A DNA stretch of 64,000 nucleotides from Bacteroidota bacterium (GCA_036159515.1 JAYYEV010000043.1:8795-72794), one strand, 5' to 3'. Shown: positions 26,063 through 35,930, counted from the stretch's first letter. Numbers and translations are program-made. Notes: generated from the sequence alone by a model not told the origin.

Positions 26063-28509
26063 TACCTTAATTGACCGTTAGTTTCTTTTAAAATGCAATG
26101 TTGTATTTGATGCATTACTTTGTCAACCTCTTTGTCTGTTAGTGTTCTTTTGGGGTGTAGAAATTGAAAGCGAAGACCATATGCTTTCTTTTCTACAAAT
26201 TGTTTTTTATTTCTGTAGATATCAAAAAGACTAATCCCCTGTAACAAGTTTGTTTTCACATTTTTGGTGGCATTGATGATATCAGCTAAAGTGACCTGTT
26301 CATCAATCAGAATGGATAAATCACGATAAACTTTTTGAAATTTATTAATGGGGGTATACTTTATAAGATTTTTTTGACATAATTGGTAAATGTTATCCCA
26401 GTAAAGTTCCGCCATGTAACAAGGTTCCTTAATCTCTAGTTGATCAGTTAAATGGGAATTAATTAAGCCACATTTTCCAACTATTTTGTTTCCAACTTGA
26501 TACGAAATACCTCCACTAAATAGCTCATTACTTTCAAAAATGGTTTCTTCTTGTGTAATCCCCAGTAAAGAAAATATACTCTCCACATATCCCTTTAGTT
26601 GATAAAATGAAGTTTCTTTTTTCCCCCCATACCAATGTTCTTCATGTTGAAGTCCTTTTAAAGCAATAATTAGATGTTTTTCTTCGTGAAATTTATGTTG
26701 ATTTAATTGATATGTTTTACCCCATTCAAAAAGTTGCACATTAGCTTCTCCATGATCTTGGTTATACTTTATCACATCTAGCATATTTAGCACCAACGTT
26801 TGTCTAAGCACTTCAGTGTCAGAGCTTAGCGGGTTTAGCAGTTTTACATAAGCCTCTTCATTTAAACCAGTATGTGTTAAATTCTTGCTTTGATGTGTGG
26901 CTGTTAATGAATTATTAAGCAATTCATTAAAACCTCTCGCAGAAAGATAATCACTTACTTTTTTTTGAGTTGAAACGCTATTTCTCATTGGTGTAAATGA
27001 AGGGGAGCTATTTATTTTTGGAGAAATAATTACATTATTATAACCATATATCCTTAATACTTCTTCTGCTACATCGGATTCTCTATTTACATCCACTCTG
27101 TAGTCGGGTATCTTTAAGCGATAGGAGGAGTTTTTTATAGGCGTATTTGATATTTCAAGTAAGGTTAAAATGGAGTTAATTTCTCCATCCGTGATGGAAA
27201 TTCCACAGAGCTTTCTTATGGAATTATAATCTGCTTCGCAATGATGAAAGTGTTGAGTTTTAGGACTGTTGTTGACATCAAAGATTGATGACCCAACATT
27301 CCCCCCAGCTATTTCCAAGATTAATTCTACCGCTTTTTTTAAAGCAGGTATTACCATTTTAGGATCAACTCCCCTTTCGTATCTGAACGATGCGTCTGTG
27401 TTAAGACCATGTCTTTTAGCTGTTTTTCGAATATTTACAGGATCAAATAAGGCGCTTTCTAAAAAAATGTGTTTTGTTTTACTGCTAACGCCTGATTTTA
27501 ACCCCCCGAAAACACCTGCAATGCACATTTCTTTTTCATCGTCACATATCATCAAATCTTCCTCATTTAACTTTCTTTCTGTACCGTCTAACGTAGTGAA
27601 TGAAGTATCACCTTTAGGACATCGAATTTTTATGTGTTGATTTGAAATTTCATCTAAATCAAATGCGTGAAGTGGTTGACCCAGCTCATGGAGTACATAA
27701 TTAGTAGCATCTACTATATTATTTATGCTTTTCACTCCTATCGAAGTTAATTTATTCTTTAACCAATTAGGGCTCGATTTTACTTGAACGTCATTCAAAA
27801 TTATGCCAGTATATCGAATGCATTTTTTTGGCTCAAGAACAGAAACTTTAAATGTGTTGTTTTTTTTCTGATCAAAATTTATTGTATCTAGTAAGGGCTT
27901 TAGTTTTTGATCTATTTCAATTTTAGAATTATATTTCAGAACAGCCATAAGATCTCTAGCTACACCATAGTGCGACATGGCATCAGCCCTATTTGGTGTT
28001 AGTCCTATTTCAAAGATGGTATCCACTTCTACATCAAATACAGAACTAGCTTGATCACCAGCCTTATACTTGTCTGACAAGATCATTATTCCATCGTGAC
28101 TTTCACCTATTCCAATTTCATCTTCGGCACATATCATTCCATTAGACTCAATTCCTCTAATTTTGGCTTTTTTTATTTTTAATGGATCATGATTGATGGG
28201 GAAAATGGTTGTCCCTGGTAAAGCGACTAATACTTTTTGATTTATTCCCACATTTGGAGCTCCACATATGATTTGACTTAGTTCTCCGTCTCCGATGTCA
28301 ACATGAGTGATTTTTAATTTATCTGCGTTAGGATGTTTTTCACATTTTTTAATTTCTCCCACTACGATTCCATTTAACCCTCCTTTGATGTTTTCGTATT
28401 GCTCTGATTTTTCTACTTCTAGACCAATATCTGTTAACATTTCGCTAGTTTCTTCTGCTGTTAAATCGAAATCCAATATTTCTTTAATCCAGTTGAGAGA
28501 AATTTTCAT
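26062..28509 (-). CDS. pheT: Phenylalanine--tRNA ligase beta subunit
   Basis: 815 aa from MKISLNWIKEILDF, the canonical PheT N-terminus. The tRNA-binding, B3/4, B5 and FDX-ACB regions are recognisable. The tracked 32-aa upstream extension is rejected. Confidence 0.95.
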   Translation of the reverse strand: MKISLNWIKEILDFDLTAEETSEMLTDIGLEVEKSEQYENIKGGLNGIVVGEIKKCEKHPNADKLKITHVDIGDGELSQIICGAPNVGINQKVLVALPGTTIFPINHDPLKIKKAKIRGIESNGMICAEDEIGIGESHDGIMILSDKYKAGDQASSVFDVEVDTIFEIGLTPNRADAMSHYGVARDLMAVLKYNSKIEIDQKLKPLLDTINFDQKKNNTFKVSVLEPKKCIRYTGIILNDVQVKSSPNWLKNKLTSIGVKSINNIVDATNYVLHELGQPLHAFDLDEISNQHIKIRCPKGDTSFTTLDGTERKLNEEDLMICDDEKEMCIAGVFGGLKSGVSSKTKHIFLESALFDPVNIRKTAKRHGLNTDASFRYERGVDPKMVIPALKKAVELILEIAGGNVGSSIFDVNNSPKTQHFHHCEADYNSIRKLCGISITDGEINSILTLLEISNTPIKNSSYRLKIPDYRVDVNRESDVAEEVLRIYGYNNVIISPKINSSPSFTPMRNSVSTQKKVSDYLSARGFNELLNNSLTATHQSKNLTHTGLNEEAYVKLLNPLSSDTEVLRQTLVLNMLDVIKYNQDHGEANVQLFEWGKTYQLNQHKFHEEKHLIIALKGLQHEEHWYGGKKETSFYQLKGYVESIFSLLGITQEETIFESNELFSGGISYQVGNKIVGKCGLINSHLTDQLEIKEPCYMAELYWDNIYQLCQKNLIKYTPINKFQKVYRDLSILIDEQVTLADIINATKNVKTNLLQGISLFDIYRNKKQFVEKKAYGLRFQFLHPKRTLTDKEVDKVMHQIQHCILKETNGQLR

Positions 28510-28634
28510 TAAAAATCTTTTTGAAAGCGTAAAAATAATGGCTTTTCTCGGATAACAAACATGTAATTGGAATTTCCTCTTTCTGGTTCTGGCACTAATC
28601 AACATAAAAAAGATTGATACAATTAAAATTTTTT

Positions 28635-28642
28635 TATTTTTG
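28635..28642 (+). promoter_or_regulatory. Bacteroidota promoter for tRNA-Phe (-7 box TATTTTTG with an upstream TTG)
   Basis: TATTTTTG ends 14 nt before the tRNA 5' end. A TTG at 28614-28616 lies 18 nt upstream, matching the TTG-N(17-19)-TAnnTTTG architecture. Confidence 0.45.
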
Positions 28643-28656
28643 GCCCACCTTAAGCT

Positions 28657-28729
<73 letters not shown>

Positions 28730-28735
28730 CTTTAG

Positions 28736-28764
28736 AAGCCCTCAATTTTGGGGGCTTTTTTTTT
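28736..28764 (+). terminator. Intrinsic terminator after tRNA-Phe
   Basis: AAGCCC-tcaattttgg-GGGCTT is followed by a run of Ts (TTTTTTTT). Confidence 0.7.
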
Positions 28765-28782
28765 GTCAAATTAAATTACTTC

Positions 28783-28790
28783 TAACTTTG
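28783..28790 (+). promoter_or_regulatory. Candidate promoter for the histidine kinase/gpmI unit (-7 box TAACTTTG, TTG 17 nt upstream)
   Basis: TAACTTTG ends 7 nt before the TTG start at 28798. A TTG lies at 28763-28765. This geometry would make the mRNA essentially leaderless on a TTG codon, so either the box or the start call may be wrong. Confidence 0.35.
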
Positions 28791-28797
28791 CATAGTC

Positions 28798-29703
28798 TTG
28801 AAAAAGGGAATAAAAAGTAATAGAACATTAATCATATTTTATATTCTGATTTCTTATGTAATACTTCAGTTTTTGTGGTGGGGTTTTCACATTATCGATT
28901 TATCTGAGCAAATTGACGCGGACAAAAGTGAGATTAATAGTACAATAAGGATGATTATAGGAGAAGCGGCTGTTTTTATTTTAATCATTTTTATAGGGGC
29001 ATATTACGTAATTAGATCCTACTACAATGAATTAGCTCTTTTTAAAAAAGAGAAAAATTTTGCCCTCTCGGTCACACATGAATTAAAAACACCAATAGCT
29101 ACCTCTAAATTATTTGCTCAAACCTTATTAAAGAGAAGTAATTTAGGGGAAGCACAAAAAAAGGAAAGTCTTGAAAAAATTATTGAGGAGCAAAATAGAT
29201 TAAATGCTTTAGTGGAAAAAATTTTGTTAGCTAGCTCCATTGATGATATGAGAAGCCAGATAGAAAAAAAACCAGTTAATATCAATAAAACAATAGATAG
29301 TATTTTAACTCAAATTAGAGAAACTCATCATGTCATTAATAATATTGAAAAAGATTTAACCATCAATGGAGATGAATTTTATCTCATTTCATTATTTCAA
29401 AATTTGATTGATAATGCTTTAAAATATGCTGAAAAAAATACCACGGTCACTATTTCTAGTACAAGGCATCAAGGTGCGATTCTAATTCAGGTAGCAGATG
29501 AAGGAATTGGTATAAAAAACGAATTCAAAGAATTAATTTTTGAGCGTTTTTTTCGAATAGGTGATGAAGAAACAAGAGATACAAAAGGAACTGGTTTAGG
29601 ATTATTTTTAGTAAAAGAAATTGTTAAACTTCACGATGGAGAGATTACATGCAGAGATAACTCGCCAAAAGGAACCATATTTGAGATAAAATTTAATAGT
29701 TGA
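28798..29703 (+). CDS. Sensor histidine kinase (two TM helices, HisKA, HATPase_c), with no adjacent response regulator
   Basis: 301 aa. The H-box is SVTHELKTPIA, the N-box LIDNALKYA, G1 DEGIGI and G2 GTGLGL. The start codon is TTG, and the next in-frame ATG would delete TM1. Confidence 0.8.
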   Translation: MKKGIKSNRTLIIFYILISYVILQFLWWGFHIIDLSEQIDADKSEINSTIRMIIGEAAVFILIIFIGAYYVIRSYYNELALFKKEKNFALSVTHELKTPIATSKLFAQTLLKRSNLGEAQKKESLEKIIEEQNRLNALVEKILLASSIDDMRSQIEKKPVNINKTIDSILTQIRETHHVINNIEKDLTINGDEFYLISLFQNLIDNALKYAEKNTTVTISSTRHQGAILIQVADEGIGIKNEFKELIFERFFRIGDEETRDTKGTGLGLFLVKEIVKLHDGEITCRDNSPKGTIFEIKFNS

Positions 29704-29705
29704 TA

Positions 29706-31211
29706 ATGGAAAAAAAGACTGCATTAATCATTTTAGATGGTTGGGGCATTGGAAACCAAGATAGTTCTGATGGTGTCTATAAAGCACATACCCCTTTTTT
29801 TGATCAGATCTTTAAAAATAACAATAGTGCAACGTTAGAAACCTTTGGTGAGAAAGTAGGCTTACCAAAGGGACAGATGGGGAACTCCGAGGTAGGCCAT
29901 CTTAATATTGGTGCAGGTAGAATAGTTTATCAAGACTTATTAAAAATAGATCGTGCCATAGAAGATAAAACATTTCACCATCATCCTACCATTTTAGAAG
30001 CCATTCAATATGCTAAAGTTAATCAAAGCACCATTCATTTAATGGGTTTGGTATCAACTGGCGGTGTTCATTCGTCTCTTAATCATCTATTGTCATTATG
30101 CGATGTTCTTAAAGAATGGCCTCAAATACCTGTTCAAATACATGGTTTTAGTGATGGGAGAGATTGCGATCCCCATTCTGGAAAACTTTATTTTAAACAA
30201 CTTATTGATCATATAAAAGACACTAATATTAATCTGGCTTCGATAATAGGGCGCTACTATGCAATGGATCGTGATCAAAGGTGGGATAGGATAAAAAAAG
30301 CATACGATTTACTTATAAATGCTGAGGGGAAAACATATGATAATTGTGAATCCGCTTTTCTGGATCAATACAATTTAGGTATTTCGGATGAATTTATCCC
30401 TCCCATTTCATTTAGTCAACATGGGAAGATAGAAGATAAGGATGTGGTCATTTGTTTTAATTTTCGTACGGATCGATGTAGACAAATTTCTACTGTTTTG
30501 ACTCAGAAAGATTTCATGGATTTTGAAATGAAGAAATTGGACATAAAGTACCTCACCATGACTAATTATGATAGAACATTTGAAGGGGTAGATGTAATTT
30601 ATGACAAGGAAAATATACCAAACACGTTAGGAGAAGTGATTAGTGTAAATGGAAAATCTCAGCTTAGAATTGCTGAAACCGAAAAATATCCTCATGTCAC
30701 TTATTTTTTAAGTGGAGGAAGAGAGCTTGAGTTTGAAGGTGAAAATAGAATTGTAGCTAGCTCTCCCAAGGTAGCAACTTATGACTTAAAGCCTGAAATG
30801 AGTGCCTTCGAAGTAACATCCAGTTGCATTTCATTTACTAATGAAAATAACCCTGATTTTATTTGCTTAAACTATGCAAATCCAGATATGGTTGGTCATA
30901 CGGGAGTACCAGATGCTATTTTAAAAGCATGTGAGACTGTAGACCAGTGCCTTAAAGAGCTAACTACATTTTTAGTCGGTCAAAACTATGCTGTATTGGT
31001 TATTGCAGATCATGGTAATGCGGATAAGATGTTTAATGAGGATGGGTCAGCTCATACAGCACATACGTTAAATCTTGTTCCAGTAGTTTTAATGGGAGTA
31101 GATTCAAAAATCACAAATGGCAAATTAGCAGATGTAGCACCAACTATTTTAGATTTAATGGGTTTAGAAAAGCCAATAGAAATGACAGGCGTTTCTATTA
31201 TTCAGTCCTAA
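29706..31211 (+). CDS. gpmI: 2,3-bisphosphoglycerate-independent phosphoglycerate mutase
   Basis: 501 aa from MEKKTALIILDGWG. Motifs are NSEVGHLNIGAGR, GGVHS and ADHGNA. The ATG at 29706 is preferred to the tracked TTG at 29700. Confidence 0.95.
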   Translation: MEKKTALIILDGWGIGNQDSSDGVYKAHTPFFDQIFKNNNSATLETFGEKVGLPKGQMGNSEVGHLNIGAGRIVYQDLLKIDRAIEDKTFHHHPTILEAIQYAKVNQSTIHLMGLVSTGGVHSSLNHLLSLCDVLKEWPQIPVQIHGFSDGRDCDPHSGKLYFKQLIDHIKDTNINLASIIGRYYAMDRDQRWDRIKKAYDLLINAEGKTYDNCESAFLDQYNLGISDEFIPPISFSQHGKIEDKDVVICFNFRTDRCRQISTVLTQKDFMDFEMKKLDIKYLTMTNYDRTFEGVDVIYDKENIPNTLGEVISVNGKSQLRIAETEKYPHVTYFLSGGRELEFEGENRIVASSPKVATYDLKPEMSAFEVTSSCISFTNENNPDFICLNYANPDMVGHTGVPDAILKACETVDQCLKELTTFLVGQNYAVLVIADHGNADKMFNEDGSAHTAHTLNLVPVVLMGVDSKITNGKLADVAPTILDLMGLEKPIEMTGVSIIQS

Positions 31212-32892
31212 TTAAATGAACATATCCACTAATTAAGGTAGAATTATAATTGTATTTTTTTGACTCTGGATCAACTATGTAATAATAAATACCCTCCTTT
31301 AATTTATCTCCACTTTCATAATGTGTGCCGGTCCAATCATTTTGGTAGTCTTCATTCACATAAACTAGTTTCCCCCAACGATTATATATCAGCACAGATG
31401 GATTAGGGTAGTCATCTAAGTTAACTGGGACAAAGAAATCATTTATCCCATCACTATTTGGTGTGAATACATTTATGTTTTCTATAGGGCATTGATTCCA
31501 AACCAAAGTGCTGTCACTTATTTCTTGATTACAACCGTCTACTATATTAAGGATGAAATATTGTGTAGAATCTGGGCTAACTATAATAGAGTCTTGGTTA
31601 GCTCCATTAGACCAAATCAACGATTTTGGTTCTATTCCACCTCCCCATTCGCTTTGTATCATTGCCGATTCGAAAAGTTCACTACATATGTTTAAACTAT
31701 CAGGGAGGGATAAAAATAATGGAGGATAATCACTAATGTAAATATTGGCGGTAGTGGTATCAAAACTTCCGGAACATCGTTCGTAAATCACATTTAACAC
31801 AACAGTTTCAGTAGACTCTGAAATGGTATCTAAGTTAGGGTAGATAAAAAGAGTATCAGAAAATTGTCCTGCTGGAATAATTAAGCTATCACTTATTTCT
31901 GGATAGTCTAATGAGGGTGTTGCAGTACCCCCTACGTCAAAATAAACAACAAAGTCATTACTAGCATCTGGTCTGTCAAATGTAAAATAAGCAGCATTAC
32001 AACCTTCATACAGAAGGGTATCACTATTTGCAATTCCGCTTGAAACACTAACACTTCCATTTGAGCTAAAGCTACCCGCTTCTAAAAACACCCACGAATC
32101 TAAATTGGCATCTGAACCATCCGCTAATGCCAGTCTGATGTGATATATCTCTCCACATTGGACCACTGTGGTAGCGGTGAATGATGTGGTAAATCCATTA
32201 CAAGATAGGGTTTGTGGAAAAGTGGACTGATTGTCAATATAATACTGGCTATTTAGCAGATTATTGACAGAGCTTATTGTGATGGGAAGTGGAGGACTTG
32301 AATTAGGAACGTTTGCAATATTAATGGACCCATTAGGGAAACTAGAAGGGGAAGAATAAGGACCTGATATTCCTGGTCCAGAAATGAAAAAACCAAACAC
32401 ATCATTATACTCAGAATTGATCCAAGTTAAGTATTCATTAGATCCAAAAACATAGTTAAAAGATAGTGTATCTGAATTAGGAATAAAGTCAAACTCAAGC
32501 GTGGCCACATCAAAAATACCCGATACGTTAAAAGGCTGATTAATTAATGGAGGTACACTGTTAGCTATGTTTAGTAAATCAGGATCACTATTTGTGCTAA
32601 AAGGAATATTCCCTGAGCCAAATCCGTTTGGGTCTAAATCAATAATATCACCAGTTGAAAGGACAACTCCACTATCTATACCTAAGTTTGAATTAATGGC
32701 ATTAAAAAAACCAACTTGGATGGGATCTCCTTGATAAGTGACATTATTTGCTGAAACACCTCCACCCAATAGGACGTTATTAATAAGATGATTTGAATTG
32801 TTGTATGGGTTGGCGTTTGATATTGTAATTTGGGCATGGTTGTTGACTAATAACCACATGGAGACAATTAGAAAGACAACATGAGCATTCAT
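31198..32892 (-). CDS. Choice-of-anchor L domain protein with a gliding-motility-associated (T9SS type-B) C-terminal domain
   Basis: 564 aa. The signal peptide ends NHA|Q. N-domain motifs are VLLGGGV, GVVLSTGD, DPDL, LEFDFIP..LSFNYVFGSNEY and NDVFGFFISGPG. The C-terminus is NVFTPNSDGINDFFVP...IYNRWGKLVY...GIYYYIV. Confidence 0.8.
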   Translation of the reverse strand: MNAHVVFLIVSMWLLVNNHAQITISNANPYNNSNHLINNVLLGGGVSANNVTYQGDPIQVGFFNAINSNLGIDSGVVLSTGDIIDLDPNGFGSGNIPFSTNSDPDLLNIANSVPPLINQPFNVSGIFDVATLEFDFIPNSDTLSFNYVFGSNEYLTWINSEYNDVFGFFISGPGISGPYSSPSSFPNGSINIANVPNSSPPLPITISSVNNLLNSQYYIDNQSTFPQTLSCNGFTTSFTATTVVQCGEIYHIRLALADGSDANLDSWVFLEAGSFSSNGSVSVSSGIANSDTLLYEGCNAAYFTFDRPDASNDFVVYFDVGGTATPSLDYPEISDSLIIPAGQFSDTLFIYPNLDTISESTETVVLNVIYERCSGSFDTTTANIYISDYPPLFLSLPDSLNICSELFESAMIQSEWGGGIEPKSLIWSNGANQDSIIVSPDSTQYFILNIVDGCNQEISDSTLVWNQCPIENINVFTPNSDGINDFFVPVNLDDYPNPSVLIYNRWGKLVYVNEDYQNDWTGTHYESGDKLKEGIYYYIVDPESKKYNYNSTLISGYVHLIRTE

Positions 32893-32983
32893 AATTTAAA
32901 GATATCAAATAATTAAGACTTCTTTTTTAGATGAAAAAAAGATAATTCCTAATTTCACCACTCTTTTTGATTAGCATTTAAAA

Positions 32984-35929
32984 ATGAAAAAAGCCATTAA
33001 ATATTTCATCAGATTTTTCTTAGTTACATTAATTCTAGTATTATCATTTCTAATTATCATTCCATATTTTTTTAAAGAGGAAATAGAGGTTATGGTAAAG
33101 GATCAGGCTTCTAATTATTTGGATGCTGATTTGGAATTTGATCATGTTTCAATTTCAGCCATTTCATCATTTCCTGAGCTAAAAGTGGGGGTTTCTGAGT
33201 TAAAACTAGTGGGTAATAATGTGTTTGAAGGTGTAGAACTGATACATGTTCATCAGCTTGATCTAGAAATGGATCTGTGGAAAGTTATATTTAACCAAGA
33301 GTATGAAGTAAAATATATTTCCCTGTCTAGTCCTGTTATACAGCTTATCACATTGGATAATGGTGAGTCCAATTACGATATTTATAAAACAGACACCATT
33401 AATGAAAATGTTGCGATACCCGAAATGAACGAATCTCCTATTAAGTTTAAGCTGGAAAAATATGAACTGAAGAATGCTCAGCTTTTATACAAAGATGATT
33501 TATATCAGCTATCTGTACAAATTGATTCTTTAGATCACGATGGGGAATTCGTAATGCATGCAGATACGTTTGATTTAAATACGATAACGAAGGCAAGTAC
33601 ATTTAATTTTGAATATGAAGGAGTTAAATTAATAGATGATGTAGCCCTAAGATTTCTTTTTAATGGAGCCATCGTCTTTGAAAACGAAGATATAATTTTT
33701 CAAATTAGAGAAAATAAGACCAGTTTAAATGAGTTAGATCTTTCATTTTATGGTGGAATTAACATGAAGCCAGATAGCTATGAATTGGATGTTAGATTAG
33801 CTACTATTGACCAGTCATTTAGACATTTTTTAAGTCTAATTCCTATAACCTATCAGAAAGACTTTAACAATTTGGAAATAGAAGGAGAATTTAACGTTGA
33901 AAGTACCTTTAGTGGCATTTACACTGATAATGATGTGCCTTCTTTTGATATTTCGCTAGAAGTTAACAATGGTTATGCAAAATATCCAGATTTAAATGAT
34001 CCTATTGAAAATATCAAATTATCATTTAAGACTACCTTCCCTGGAGGATCAAACTATGATGATTTACAAGTAAGTTTAGAATCTATGAATTTCTCTTTTT
34101 TAAATTCTAAATTTAAGTTGTCATTTTTTGGAAATCATTTTATTAGTGATCCTTTTATATCTGCTGATTTATCTTCAAATCTAAATTTAGCTGAATTATC
34201 AAAAGTATACCCTCTTGATTCTATAAGTATAAACGGGAATTGCAGAACCGACATTCACATAAAAGGAAGTTATTCGTCTATTGAAAAAGAACAATATGAT
34301 CTCTTTGAAGCGGGTGGTATATTTGATCTTACTGACTTCGAATTCACTTCTAAAGACTTAGATAACCCATTGGGTATAAGTAATATGTTCTTTGAGATAC
34401 AGCCTCAAAAACTGAAGCTGGATAAGTTGTTATTCAAAACAGGCCAATCTGACATTCAACTCAATGGTGAAGTCACAAATTATTGGCCATATATTTTGAG
34501 AAATGAAAAATTAAATGGTTCATTCACTTTGAATAGTTCTTACTTAAATTTAGATGAATTTATGCCTGCGTATGAAACCGAAAATTCGGATTCAATTCCA
34601 TTGGATTCAACAACATTAGAAACTGATAATGAAGTGATTTCTGTTCCAGAAAATATTTACTTTAGGTTTGAATCCAACATCAATTCACTAATGTATGATA
34701 GTATGCCGATAAAAAAATTTAACGGCATTTTAAAGATAGAAGATGGAAAAATAAACCTGGATCAGTTTAACATGCAATTATTTAGAGGACAAATCTCCTT
34801 AAATGGGACTTACTATGGTGTTAGCAATAAAAGGGCAAAACTAAATATGGAGTTAGATATTAAGGATATTTCTTTCAAAGAATCATACACTTACTTTGAG
34901 AGCATAAAAAAATACACCCCCTTGGTAAAATATTTTGATGGTAATTTTTCTACTTTTTTAGAAGCGGATGTTTTACTTAATGAATTTTATTATCCTGTTT
35001 ATACAGAAATATCAAGTAAAGGAAAATTAGTCTCTGATGAGGTTCAAATTTTAAGTAATTCGCCCATTGAAAAGTTAAAATCATATGCTCCCACTCTTTT
35101 TGTAGATAATGAAAAAATGAAAGATTTAAACGTATCCTATTCTCTTTCTGATGGGAAATTTATATTAGAAGAAACACCCATTAAATTAAATAACCATACT
35201 CTATCTGTAAGCGGATTTACTTCTTTGGGTCAAGAGATAGGATATAAAATAGAAACAGAGATACCAATTAAGGAATTAAAGAACTCCACTAGTTCAATTA
35301 GTAGTTTATTAAAAGAAACTAATATTGGAACTAATAAGGGCAACATACCGCTGACAGTTCTAGTAAATGGAGATTTGAAAAACCCTACCTATTCAACTAG
35401 TTTAGGAGAGTTAAAAATGGATTTACTAGAAAAGGGAAAAGATATCATTACAGAAAAAGTAGATAAAGTAAAAAAAGAAGCATTAGAGGAAGCGCAAAAA
35501 AAAGCAGATGATATTATCAGATTAGCCCAATTGAAAGCACAGCAAATTAGAGATGAAGGGGAGAATAAAGCTAAACTTATTGAAGATGAGGCCATCCGAA
35601 ATAAAGCAAAAGCGGACCAAAAAACTAAGGAAGAAGTGTCTAAATTAAGAGATGAAGGGTATAAAGTAGCTGATAAACTTATTGAGGAGGCTAACACCCC
35701 GTTAGCTAAAATAGCGGCTGAGAAAACAGCTAAAAAAATGAAATCCCAAACGGACAAGAAAGCAGATGCTTTAGAGCTGAAGTTAAATGCGGAGTCTAAA
35801 AAAATTCAAAACGCAGCTTTTAAGCAAGCAAAAAACCTAAGAGAAGAAGCAAATTCAAATGCAGATAATGTAGAAAATAAGGCAGAAGAAGAAGCAAATA
35901 AAATTTTAGAAGCAGCAAAAAACAAGTAA
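32984..35929 (+). CDS. AsmA-family outer-membrane biogenesis protein with a Lys/Glu/Ala-rich helical C-terminal tail
   Basis: 981 aa. It has an N-terminal TM anchor and a long beta-rich body typical of AsmA/TamB-like proteins. The last roughly 170 aa are a K/E/A-rich predicted helix (..EEAQKKADDIIRLAQLKAQQIRDEGENKAKLIEDEA..). Confidence 0.6.
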   Translation: MKKAIKYFIRFFLVTLILVLSFLIIIPYFFKEEIEVMVKDQASNYLDADLEFDHVSISAISSFPELKVGVSELKLVGNNVFEGVELIHVHQLDLEMDLWKVIFNQEYEVKYISLSSPVIQLITLDNGESNYDIYKTDTINENVAIPEMNESPIKFKLEKYELKNAQLLYKDDLYQLSVQIDSLDHDGEFVMHADTFDLNTITKASTFNFEYEGVKLIDDVALRFLFNGAIVFENEDIIFQIRENKTSLNELDLSFYGGINMKPDSYELDVRLATIDQSFRHFLSLIPITYQKDFNNLEIEGEFNVESTFSGIYTDNDVPSFDISLEVNNGYAKYPDLNDPIENIKLSFKTTFPGGSNYDDLQVSLESMNFSFLNSKFKLSFFGNHFISDPFISADLSSNLNLAELSKVYPLDSISINGNCRTDIHIKGSYSSIEKEQYDLFEAGGIFDLTDFEFTSKDLDNPLGISNMFFEIQPQKLKLDKLLFKTGQSDIQLNGEVTNYWPYILRNEKLNGSFTLNSSYLNLDEFMPAYETENSDSIPLDSTTLETDNEVISVPENIYFRFESNINSLMYDSMPIKKFNGILKIEDGKINLDQFNMQLFRGQISLNGTYYGVSNKRAKLNMELDIKDISFKESYTYFESIKKYTPLVKYFDGNFSTFLEADVLLNEFYYPVYTEISSKGKLVSDEVQILSNSPIEKLKSYAPTLFVDNEKMKDLNVSYSLSDGKFILEETPIKLNNHTLSVSGFTSLGQEIGYKIETEIPIKELKNSTSSISSLLKETNIGTNKGNIPLTVLVNGDLKNPTYSTSLGELKMDLLEKGKDIITEKVDKVKKEALEEAQKKADDIIRLAQLKAQQIRDEGENKAKLIEDEAIRNKAKADQKTKEEVSKLRDEGYKVADKLIEEANTPLAKIAAEKTAKKMKSQTDKKADALELKLNAESKKIQNAAFKQAKNLREEANSNADNVENKAEEEANKILEAAKNK

Positions 35930-35930
35930 A

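Noticed and set aside
27269-27640. A 123-aa antisense ORF inside pheT. Similar antisense ORFs lie inside other well-supported genes (e.g. 16012-16263, 28307-28555, 41762-42016, 44715-44909, 49988-50203, 50390-50710, 52126-52549, 57571-58031, 60061-60351).
   Set aside because: All lie within confidently identified genes on the opposite strand and lack recognisable motifs. Such ORFs are common in AT-rich genomes with few antisense stop codons.
28510-28605. A 32-aa N-terminal extension of pheT (MLISARTRKRKFQLHV...).
   Set aside because: The canonical PheT N-terminus MKISLNWIKE begins at 28509. The extension is basic, low-complexity, and runs into the divergent tRNA-Phe promoter region.
32925-32950. 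An A/T-only hairpin (CTTTTTT-agatg-AAAAAAG) between the type-B CTD gene and asmA.
   Set aside because: The stem is all A:T, so stability is very low. It lies upstream of both divergent genes, where a terminator makes no sense.
35389-35757. A 122-aa antisense ORF opposite the AsmA tail.
   Set aside because: It is the mirror image of a GAA/GCA/AAA-rich sense sequence, which translates as a Ser/Phe/Leu/Ala-rich product. It has no start context or promoter.
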